Below are positions 14,501-25,100 of a stretch of DNA of 64,000 nt, piece after piece. A model generated the notes under the pieces. It made no database searches and had not been told where the DNA came from. It worked only from the letters and a program-made list of their open reading frames with translations. The first letter of the stretch is position 1, and every line of letters begins with the position of its first letter. The stretch comes from Paraspadella gotoi. Taxonomy: Eukaryota; Animalia; Chaetognatha. The position numbers and the translations under genes were made by a program. The DNA lies in the NCBI GenBank assembly GCA_051294375.1, contig CM119265.1:9496339-9560338 (forward strand), given 5' to 3'.

Positions 14501-14726
14501 CGTCCTGGCCGCCAACGACGCCGCCACCGACATCGTCGTCGAGGGCGAATCGGGGGTGTTGGGCGAGAGTAGTCGTCTTTTCAAAGATATGGGTGGTTTG
14601 TTGTTTTTTTTGTGAAGGTGGGCTGAACGATTTAAGGTATAGATATTGTTAGATTAAATGTTAAACTTAATTTAACAACGCACCCAGTCTGGCCTAGAGT
14701 GGACAGATTAGTCGGCGGCGCGAATG

Positions 14727-14751
14727 NNNNNNNNNNNNNNNNNNNNNNNNN
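14727..14751. other. Assembly gap (25 N) at the inner edge of the inverted duplication
   Basis: Run of N. Confidence 1.
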
Positions 14752-15002
14752 ATTTTCGCACTGATTACATTCTCTAAAACCAAAATCTCTATCAATCTCA
14801 TGATAAAAGCACAGCTTTAAAGTTTAAATAATTAAAACAAATAATTTTAAATCCAATTGCTCCGAATCAAAAAATTAATCCGAATTTGAAAACATATAAA
14901 TATCTCTTCTTTCGATCGATTTCTATTAACTATTAAGTCTTAACTATTTTTTAATCTTAACGGATTTCCATTTCTTCCTCGATCTCAAATTCCACTCACT
15001 AG

Positions 15003-18000
15003 ACGTCGTATCCAATGGTGAAGGTGACGTCATCGCCTCCGCAAACCTTACCTCGCTCTCCCTCACCTCACCGCCCCCGCTTGGCTCATCTCTCCGGGTC
15101 CGGCGACGCTGCCGCTGACGCCGCTGCCGACGCTTACTCCGACGCCGCCGAGGCGCGCCTCTCCTCCGCCTCCGTCGACGTCTCCCTCGACGAAGTGTTG
15201 GATCGCTACAATCACCTCGTCGACGACAACGCTTTTCTTCTGCCGCCGGACGCACTCGGCGGCACGACCGAATCTTCCTTCGGCCACGGTCTAATTTCTG
15301 GCGGCCAGACGCGCATCGACGCCAGCGAGAGCGAGACGTTTGTCTCCGGCGAAGGAAGTCCGACGGAATCTCAGCAGCACGAGACGCTGCAACAGGAATC
15401 GAGACTGCTGCAGCAGAAGCGGCAGGAGGAGTGGTCGACCAGCGCCGCGACGAAGACGAGGATGACGACGACGAGAATGACGACGACGACGACAAACGTG
15501 ACGAGACGAGAACGAATCGACGCCGGTTTCGACGGCGACGACTACGACGACTTCGGCGCCGGCGACTACGAATCGGCGTCGTTTTTGACGCCGAAAATTG
15601 GCGGCGGCGTCGCCGAAGGATTCGAAAACGGCCGATTGCGGGAGGAGGAAGAGGAAGAGGAGAAGGTGTCTCCTCCTCTCTACTCTCACGTGAGAAAAGG
15701 ACACAAGCGTCAGAAGGTAGAGGCGAAAAGCGCCATCTCACGGCATCGCTGTATTGATGTCCGAGGTATCGGCGCAAATCGCAGTATTATTGAATAGTAC
15801 AACACATACACGGAATCAAAAGAGAATCATAATCAGGAATTAAAAAAACAAAACGAAAATTTCCCCTCAATCATTAGTCTTAATATTTAAGCGCAACTTC
15901 AGAATCGGAAATGATTGCTTCGGGTGATTGAAGATCGAAACTTGTGAATAAAAATTGTTTTCTCTGCGCAAAGATGGCGACTAAAATTGGAAACTATAGA
16001 CAAAATTTAAATATTAGTAAATATTCATCAACAGATCTCAGACAAAAAGAAAAATCCTTCATTTTTAGATCATTGAAACCTACCCGCTCTTTTTTTGTGA
16101 TTCGCCCTTCGATTGGCGCTAACGAATCCCGCTTTTGGTGTTAAAAGTAGTAATAGCTCTAGCGTAATAGTATTTGTTGTAGCCAATATAGTGGCTCCTT
16201 TAATCGTTGCTTTCGTAGCGAATTAAAGTTCGGGAGATTTTCAACTCCCTCCATTTTTCGAGCGTAGTTGCTCTCAAATCTGTTTGCTTCGCTGATAGTT
16301 TCATGCCTTGGACGTCAATCCCCTTAAAATTCGTTCCCCGCGTCGTAATTCGTTCGTTTTAATTTCTCAACGTCTCTCCCCTTAAATTAAAAATTCTAAA
16401 ACGTTTTCCCCCTACCCGCTCTCGAGATCTTTCCACGGCTCTGACGTCACGAAAACAAAAATAAACAAAAGACTATTTTCGTTTTTCCGTGACGAGAGGA
16501 GCCTTTTGTCTTTTAGCGAATCAAAAAAACTTTTCCCGATCAACGCTCGATGGCGCGAGATCAGAACGCAAGCTGTTTTTTTTTTTTTTAATCTAATCTT
16601 TTGTTTTATTGTTTTATTTCCTGCGCTGCTCTCAGACTTCGCAATCGGCGGTGGATTACAGGGAAGAGAACATGGAGAGTTATCAACAAGAGTCCTACAA
16701 TTATCAGTACAACGAAGAGGGTGAGTATTTGACAATAGCGTTCGAGAATTTAGAGAAATTAAGCAGCTTACATTCTTATTACCATCCCGCAGCCAACACG
16801 GCGTTGGCGGTCTCCAACGAAGAGGAGTCCTACAACTTCCGGTCCAGCGGTCGCTACTCCATCTACAACGAAGGAACGGAGATCGCGGAGAATTCTCAGA
16901 TCGTCAGCGTGATCATCACACCGGATGACAAATACGTCATCGCCGGATCGAGACACTGGCCGCCTCAAGTCTGGGACATAGAGGTCAGGAAATAGTGAGA
17001 TAAATCATATTGCATGTTGTTAAGAAGTTTTTTGCGCTGGACAAAGTAATAAACAATGGTTGAATTTAAAAAAATAGTGAGAAAAAAAAAACATATACTT
17101 GGAGATGCGGCGAATCGAACCCCGGACCTCATCCTTTACTAGCTGCTGGGTTAATATCACTTTTTCGACAGTACTTATTTAATCTTGGTGCTTTGTGGAT
17201 AGTGGTTAAACATGCTAACTTTGCATATAAGCGAGTGATAGGTGCCTTAGTGGCCATGCTAGGATAGAAGACAACTACCTACTCATTAGGTTAAATCGGC
17301 CAGCAGGGTAAAGGAAGCGCTCTACCACTGAGCTACATCCCCTGACGATGAATATGTGCCTTTCTTTAACTTATAATTCTTTCAGTTAGTTTGTTTCTAC
17401 ATCTAAACTCGTTCAAAGGATTCGAACGCTTAACATTACTGGGACAAAACTGGATGTTTTCCGTTTTTCAACCGTCACTAATTGTCGATTAATATGTATA
17501 ATAATTAATTTCGAAATTTTTCTCAGACGGGCGAAATCGTACACAGCATGCAATCTGATACGGAAGGATGTTCCAATCTGCATCTCGCATCCGGAGGACG
17601 ATTGTTGGTCGGCCTCGTCGATATCCTCGATGCCTACGAGTCCGGGGGCAGCACCGAAGGTGAGGACGCAAAAAAAAGAAAGTATATTAAACTTTCTTTG
17701 AAACAAAAAATGGGAAATTTTTACGTCGATTATTAAACAACCTCCTTCTTCCGGTAATTAGGCTCCGCCCCCGAAGCCGACCGTCAACTCTTCCAGCGGC
17801 TCGAAGTGTGGAACTTCCGAACCGGCGATCCCCTCACCATGTCCCAGGTAACGCGGCCCCTCATCGAGCATATTCTCCTCACGATCGTGATCATTGTAGT
17901 TTGTATTTTCGCCTCTTAGGTGGAACTTTGCTCCAAATGCATCCTGACTAAAGACAGAAACTCGGCGATATTCGCGCGTTGCGATCGCTATGGCAACGAG

Positions 18001-21000
18001 ATCAGGTTGGCGAAATAGTGGGGAAAATTTGGAGAATCTATCTGTAAATTTACCATTCAATCGATCAATTGATTAATATTTGAATAAATTATGAAATAGC
18101 GCGATACTGAAGTATGGTTTGTACAAAGCCAATCTACTACCTAATTTGAATACTAATCTCTAATTAATAACCAATTTTAATTGAGCTCAATTTACTCATT
18201 TACGTAGTCAATATGCAATAACAATAACTGATTTCTGATAAAATCACGCTTCCTTTTTTCAGCGTTGTAGTCTGGGATCTGATCCAAATGAAGGCGTGGA
18301 GAGAAGTGAAGTGTCGATCGGCGAACCTCTTCTGCGACAAGGTCGACTTTTTGGCTCTCTCACCCAATCAGGTTCGGATTTGGATTTCTATGGGCCAATC
18401 ATGTTCGAGGGTTGGTTAAAGGTTATTGTGATGGAAAAGGGTAGTTCTAAAATGAGGATCTGGAGAATCTTTATAATAAGACAGATTTCATTTTGATCAA
18501 TTACCACAACCATTACCAGCAGGATTGCGCCATCGTGGGATACACCAATACGAAGAACGGGGAAGCCACCTACATCACCTTTTTCCTGGAGAAGGACATC
18601 AACAGAACCACGGAGCCTAAAATGGTCTACATGGACGCTCACGTTGACTGCACCGTGTTGCTTAACAACACGGGTGAGTCGTTGGTTCATAATTCATTTT
18701 CGTTTGCCATTTGATCGCAGAGGCAGCGATTTTTATCACTTTGCCGAGGTGATGCCTGGCATGAAAATAATTATACCTAAACATTGCCATCATTTTGCAG
18801 AGGCGGTGACTGGCACCAAGAGCGGAGAGTTGAAGCTTTGGAATTATAGATCGGGTCGGTCCCTTCGTCAACTCAGCGGCTTCACGGCTTCGAGGCCGAA
18901 CAACGATTCCTTCGTCGCGCATCAGGTCAGAATCCAAAATAAAAGAATTCAGAGCATGGAGACTGGTGGAAATACAGGGATTCGAACCCTGGACTTCTCG
19001 CATGCGAAGCGAGCGCTCTACCACTGAGCTATATCCCCTTATGACCGCAAGGATGTGTCGACGCGTGGTCATAAAATCTTTCAGGGTGTTATGTACACAT
19101 AAATTATATCTATATAATACCCTGAAATATTTTGTTTCTTCGATTACTTAACATATTATGTTATAATAATTGTAAATGAAACAAAAGATTTACGGTCTAT
19201 CCGCCACGATTTAATACGGAGAAGTGGAGATGCAGGGGTTCGAACCCGGGACCTCTCACATGCAAAGCGAGCGCTCTTCCACTGAGCTACATCCCCATTC
19301 ATCTCCATTTATTTTACTATTCTATATAATTTAATGATTATAAATCAATGCGAAATGTTAGGTATAGTTTGACGAGAAACTTCCTCATTGTTTTTGTTAA
19401 AAAAATTATAACCGATAATGTGGAGAATTGGAGATACTGGGGATTGAACCCTGGACTTCTCGTATGCGAAGCGACCGCTCTACCACTGAGCAACATCACA
19501 CATCACATCATTAAAGTTTTCAACTAAAAATATCTTTTAAGAAGTATTTAATTAAAAATAAAATATGTAAACTCTTATAATAACAATATTAAAATAAAGT
19601 AGACTGGAGATGCAGGGGATTGAACCCTGGACTTCTCACATGCGAAGCGAGCGCTCTACCACTGAGCTACATCCCCTTATGTTATACGGTATCATATCAT
19701 ATCGTATCATATCGTATCATATCATATTTCATGGATGCGTCGTTATAAAAGAAAAATACTTTGACCATCAATTACTTAATATTCTTTTTAATTACTTTTA
19801 TATATATATATACTCATACCTAAAAAAATGGGACTCTGGAAATAAAGGGGATTGAACCCAAAACTTCTTGCACGCGAAGGAAGAGCTCTACCATTGAGCT
19901 ACATGCGTTCCAACAAAATTTAACAACATTTATTTAATATTTACGCGGATCCACAAATATGTTTCAGTGAAGCTTTTAACTAAAAAATACCTATTAATCA
20001 GTACTTATTTATCACTTATGTTCCGTAACTCTCGCATAGAACAAGCTTCGTTCGGCAGTAAAAATGTAAAAGTAACTGTTCATTTTTTAAGTTAAGAGAA
20101 AATAAGTCAACTTTGATAATAACAGTACTAAAATAAAGAAGACTGGAGATGCAGGGGATTGAACCCTGGACTTCTCACATGCGAAGCGAGCGCTCTACCA
20201 CTGAGCTACATCCCCTTATGTTATACGGTATCGTAATAAAAAACGAATTCTGTAATCAGGATTCACATTTTCCAAAGCAATTTCACAATTAAAACTACAT
20301 ATTAGTCAAAGCCCAAATTCCCTTAATTCTCCAGCGCGCGGTGACTTGTCTGATGCTCTCAGAAAATGGGCGCTACCTTGTCAGCGGTAGTGGCGACGCC
20401 ACCGTCAAAGTTTGGAACATGGACAGTGAACGTCTACTCACCAGTCTCAAGGTAAGTTTTGGTTGTCATCATGACCATGGGTGTGTTCATCTAATGAAGG
20501 ACCTTTTAACCTTTCCTCTTCTTCATGACAGGGCCATGACGACGAGGTGTGGTGCAGCGCCATCTCTCCCGACAACGAATTCATCGTGACCGGAAGCAAA
20601 GACAAGACCATCCGCCTTTGGCGTTTGTCCTCGGGATCTCTCGTCTGCACCTTCAACACCATGGTCGACATTTTCCAGGTTTGTGGCGTGAAAGAGGGTT
20701 TCGCTTCGAACATCAAAAGCTGATAATAGGATATTAGTATTACTGAAGTAAATTTTGCTAATCCCCACAAGCTCGTTAACAAAAGAAAAAAACCCGTATA
20801 GGATGGAAAACGGCCATCATTCGTTTAATTCATGTATAATTGTATATATATTTTAAAGATGACGCAACGAAGTAATGAAAAGGCGACTCCTCTCTCTCTT
20901 CTCTCAGGTTTTCATCACGAGCGACAAGAAGACTATCGTCGCCCTGGGAGACCGCGAAGGATCTCGCATCCTCATCATGCTGAAGGTGGTGATGCAGTCG

Positions 21001-21051
21001 ACGACGGTGGTGAGGACGAGGACGGAGAGCGACGTCATCGATTACGACTGA
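15003..21051 (+). CDS. WD40-repeat protein, 5' partial, with low-complexity N-terminal region; exons 15003-15716, 16636-16720, 16793-16983, 17527-17659, 17762-17847, 17920-18005, 18263-18371, 18523-18673, 18801-18925, 20335-20451, 20532-20678, 20908-21051
   Basis: GT-AG exons splice in frame. Clear WD repeats: AHQRAVTCLMLSENGRYLVSGSGDATVKVWN, GHDDEVWCSAISPDNEFIVTGSKDKTIRLWR, AVTGTKSGELKLWN, ITPDDKYVIAGSRHWPPQVWD. Stop after ...DVIDYD. Confidence 0.88.
17082..17091 (-). terminator. Pol III oligo-T terminator of the tRNA-like RNA
   Basis: T10 on the minus strand just after the discriminator base. Confidence 0.7.
17100..17342 (-). ncRNA. 243-nt tRNA-Ala-like Pol III gene in which the anticodon loop is replaced by an extended helix and a ~170-nt insert
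   Basis: 5' end GGGGATG TA GCTC AGTGGTA GAGC (A box, D arm); 3' end AGGTC CGGGG TTCGATT CGCCG CATCTCC A (B box, T arm with one G.G mismatch, acceptor). Closing helices TCCTTTAC/GTAAAGGA and CTGCTGG/CCAGCAG; T10 run 8 nt downstream; no internal TTTT. Confidence 0.75.
18967..19038 (-). tRNA. tRNA-Ala(CGC)
   Basis: GGGGATATAGCTCAGTGGTAGAGCGCTCGCTTCGCATGCGAGAAGTCCAGGGTTCGAATCCCTGTATTTCCA; intact cloverleaf. Confidence 0.9.
19225..19296 (-). tRNA. tRNA-Ala(TGC)
   Basis: Cloverleaf with anticodon loop TT-TGC-AT; one T-stem mismatch. Confidence 0.85.
19429..19500 (-). pseudogene. tRNA-Ala(CGC) pseudogene
   Basis: Acceptor 5' strand TGTGATG mispairs; anticodon-stem and T-stem mismatches. Confidence 0.8.
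19605..19676 (-). tRNA. tRNA-Ala(CGC)
   Basis: Intact cloverleaf, identical to 20144-20215. Confidence 0.92.
19837..19908 (-). pseudogene. Degenerate tRNA-Ala(CGC) pseudogene
   Basis: A/B-box remnants and CGC loop retained; acceptor stem destroyed. Confidence 0.75.
20144..20215 (-). tRNA. tRNA-Ala(CGC)
   Basis: Intact cloverleaf, G3:U70. Confidence 0.92.
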
Positions 21052-22152
21052 GACAGAGACGAAACAGAGAGCGAGTGGGTCGTCTGCGAAGTTAAAAAGG
21101 GGTGGCAGCGACGCCGAAAAATTCGGCCGTTGCAACAACACGGCTCTGGTCGGCAGCATAATATATATCAATTATACTCAGTACAATTATTACTATTTTT
21201 TTTTCGTGCTTAGTTTTTAAGTTACATACGCGAAAATATAACTGGATAATTCGGATATTGGACAGGCATCGCGGTATGAAATATTCAGCTACGATATTTT
21301 TATTTTTATTTCAGCTTTGCATGCTTTATATTTTTTTTTTCCTCTCGTGTGCGATCACTTTGTTCGTGCGTTCCATTCAATGTGCATTTTTATCTTGTAT
21401 GAAATAAAAGGATTATTTTGAAACAACTTATCGTAATCGTGCAGAATGGCGGGTTTGCTCTTTCACAAAGCTGGAACTGCGAGAAAATCTGATGTTGAAT
21501 CTTAACGAGGTTGTCAGCGAAACATCTGGTAGCTGGTACATGAAAAGATTTTCAGTAAAGACTAAACTAATCTACGCGTTTTTAGAAAAGTCGTAACTGC
21601 GTACAATAATTTTATATTTGAAATAAAAAGATCGCATTGAAATCAATATTAAGATGGATCAATAATAATCTGACAAAACTCGATTTTTTTTCGTTTTTTC
21701 GCAAGCGATAGAAGTATACTACGTCTATATTGCTACGACTCAAAAAATGTCGTATTATACTCCATTTAAAAAATTGGCCCTGGGACATAACGGGTGAAAG
21801 TATAATCAGTAAAGACTGGAGAGTGGGAGAGTGGGAGAATGGGAAAGTGGGAAGGCAGGACGGAGAGAGAGATAAGTGACAAAAATCTCAACCGAAGATG
21901 AAAATGTTTGATTCCGAAGAGTTCATTTTAAATAAATTGGATTGGATAAGGTGCGTTTCATAAAAGTGCGCTCGAGCGGGACAAGGCAACATGGTGACTG
22001 AGGTTTCATGTAAATAAAGTTAATAACTTTTGTTTGAGATAAAATCTCACTGTGGCCAAGTAGTTTTCCTTCGAGAGAATAAAAGAAAAAGGGAAGGGGG
22101 AAGGGGGAAGGAAAGGCACGGGAAAGTGTTCGACGCGGAGGCTACGCGCTTG

Positions 22153-25100
22153 TTAAGTCGGCGCCCCGACTTCGTCTTCGATGCCGCGTGAATTGGATCG
22201 GACATTCTCCAGATTGTTCCGGGCCTCTTTCAACACTTTGTAATGACTGACAAGAAGTGAAAAAATCGATTTTAATAATTAATAAAACGTTAATTCGAGC
22301 AAAAAGATGGCTCACTTGGAGAGCTTCTTGACGACGTGCGTCTCGAATCCCTCCTTCATCCGATTGGTGGCTTCGAGTCGCGAGATGGCTTCGCGCAGCA
22401 ATCGATCTTGATTTTTCAGTTTGTTCTTCAGAAGCAACACATCGTCGGGATCGTCCACGTTCTGAGAAGATGATTTCAAAGTTTAGACGAATCGCATCCG
22501 AAATAAAATAATCTCAACGTCGGAATCTACCTCGAGCATCTCGAAGACGCCCCCTCCTTCCGCCGGCAACGTCGAAGTCCAAAACTCGTTGACGAGGCGT
22601 TGGACTTCGGTCAGGAGCGTCGACAGGTTGGAGAAGCCGTTTTCGATCCGACGAAGAAGACCGAATTCGGGATGCTGGAGAAGAACGTGGGGAAGGTAGT
22701 TTCTTACATAAGGAAATAACATGCAATGTGTAAAACAAAAGAGCTTTTAAATGAAACAAACTAAAACGGTTAACTGAGCCAAGAAAAAGAAGTTTCGCTA
22801 ATTGCGTTATCAATATTCCACAAAAACTAGAAAAAAGCGCGTTTTTTTTTTCAAAGCATGCCGAAAGAAGAGTAGCCTAATGCAAGCCGTCTATCCGAAG
22901 CTACAAAATAAATTCAAAATAAATTCAAAATAAAACGTGACGTCGATACTAATTTTATAACATCAATCACCAATTCATATCTCGTACCCGCACGTGAATC
23001 TCTGTCCACTGTAGATTCGCGAAATATAAAATTGACAAGAAAAAGGGTGAATGAAATGATTGTACTTCTGTGACAGGGTGGTTACAAAATGGAGCATTTT
23101 CTTCTTCCGATTAACATTAATTACAAATTATTAATTATATATTAAATACTACGTATATAGGTAATAGGTATGAAATATAAAATCCGAAAAAGAAACTTTT
23201 ATCGCACCAGTGATGCTCCGACAGGAATGCAGATGCTGATTTCACTTTCCCCCTGCTCCTCCTCCTCACCTTGCTGGGCGACGCCCGCTCCAACTCCTCG
23301 CGTCGCCGCTTAACCGCCACCTCCAACGCCTCCACGACGGCGTGCGCCTCCGCCACTTCCTTCTTCATCAACTCGAAGTCGTCAACACGACCGACGGCGA
23401 AGAGGAAGCGGAGGGCGGAGCGGGGGACGGGGACTGGGGATAAGGGGGGAAGACGATTGAATAGATTACAACAAAAATACAAATTTAAAAATACAAAATA
23501 CAAAAATACAACAAAAAACCTCATTCGCCATCAAAAAAATCTCACCTTTTTTCTCGTCGTCTCTCGCCACGTAAGACGAATCGTTTTTGGATGACGACGA
23601 CGATGAAATATTTAATTTTTTCGTCGGCGTTAACGGAAACCCGTTGACGTTGAGAATCTCATTCAAGCCTACAGATAATTAACGATTAAATGATAATTTC
23701 CAAACCGATTTGTGTCGGTAATTTAAAGGTCACTTACCCGATTCCTCGGTCCCCGTGGTGGCCCCTACCCCGTTGCTATCTGCGTTACTAGTCGATCCTC
23801 CATTAATTCCGCTGATGGACCAGAGACCCGAATCGCTGCCTCTCCGCGCATGCGCAGCTCTTCCTCCTCCCGCTCTTCCCCCTCGGTGCGACGAATGTGA
23901 CCTGACGCGCGCGTCCTTAATCGTTGGTGGTCGAGCGAATGCGGCGCCAACGGAGGCGCAATCGTGATGCACGTGAACCTCTTGATCCTTAGATGCTTTC
24001 GTCGACGTCGAAGGCACAACTTGAAAATCTTCCAAGCGTCGACGGAGCCTGAGTTAATACATATTATAAAAAGACATAGTTCATAAAAAGAACTAACACT
24101 AACACGCTTTACCTTTGATTCTCCTCCACGGCTTCCTTCAACCGATCCCGCAGCGCGTCCATCTCTTTCAAGTATTCCCCCAAGTCGAGCTCGGCACGTC
24201 TCTCCCTCCGATCCTTCTTCAGTCTCGTCAACACCCCCAACTCGTTCCTCACGGCGTTGACGAGGTCCTTGGTCTCCTTCAACGCGATCCGCGTAGTCGT
24301 CAACTCTTCCTCTTTGGCTTTAAGCTCGAGACGCTTAGCCGAGGCATCCCGGCGCAATTCTTCGTTGCTGGCCTCGACGGCGGCCAACCTCTCCGTTGCC
24401 TCCTTCTGTTTGGCCTTCAACTTTCGGTTGGCCTCGTCCTTGGTGGATATTTGGTCCACGGATCTTCGTAACAGGTCGTCCGCTTCTCGTAGGCGGCTCG
24501 CGAGATCCTGGCGTTCAGCAACGGCGGCGGCGAGATCGTCTCGGAGTCGCGACATCTCCTCGACGACGGCCGCTGGAATCTCGGCTTCGACGACTGGGGA
24601 CGTTCGATGGTCAGAGTTCTGAGTCAGAAAGATGTCAGTTCTGAGGTTTGGCGAAGTCGGCGAATCAGAGGGTCGATTCTTCAGACGCTCTTCGATGTTG
24701 TCGCCAAGGTCCCGATGAGTCTGCATTTGATTCTCCAGTTGTTTCCTATACGATGTTAAAAATAAATATGCTCAATTCAATCAGTTAAGTACAATAATAA
24801 TAAGTACAACTCTAATAATAAAACTCGTAGACCCACCTGAGCCGCCTCATTTCCTCCAAATGCCCTTGCAAGACGCTCGCGGGATCCTGACCCTCCAACT
24901 CCTCCTTAGAATCGTCGAAGGTGGCGACGATCGAGTTGAGCACCTCCAACTCTTCCTTCAGAGTCCGGTTGAGCAGCTCCGAGTCCCTCAACCGCGCCTG
25001 GAACGGCGCCAGCGACTCTATCTCCTCCTTGAGGGCGCGATTGAGAATCTCTTGGTCGCGGAGCTTTTCGCGGAGGGCGTCGACGCGAGGATCGAGTTTC

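Larger units (their letters stand above)
7677..14576 (-). pseudogene. Frameshifted copy of the WD40-repeat gene, plus one extra upstream exon (~14320-14576) not present in the right arm
   Basis: Same exons as 15003-21051 but with many 1-bp indels; either a low-accuracy duplicate of the same locus or a true pseudogene. Confidence 0.6.

Noticed and set aside
12877-15797. Arg-rich overlapping ORFs (e.g. 14944-15777 -, 12897-13379 +) and a stand-alone 260-aa gene at 15015-15797
   Set aside because: The Arg-rich ORFs are shadow frames of a GC/CpG-rich exon. The 260-aa frame has an acceptor at 15002 and a phase-0 donor at 15717, fitting an internal exon.
17160-17290. Hammerhead ribozyme in the insert (CTAATGAG ... 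CGAAA)
   Set aside because: The core would be CUAAUGA rather than CUGANGA, and I could not build stems I-III around it.
17130-17310. Insert read as a canonical tRNA intron giving an Ala-identity tRNA with UAC (Val) anticodon
   Set aside because: Position 37 would be C, there is no 3-nt bulged 3' splice site or BHB-like motif, and the anticodon stem has a U.U mismatch. Not formally excluded without RNA data.
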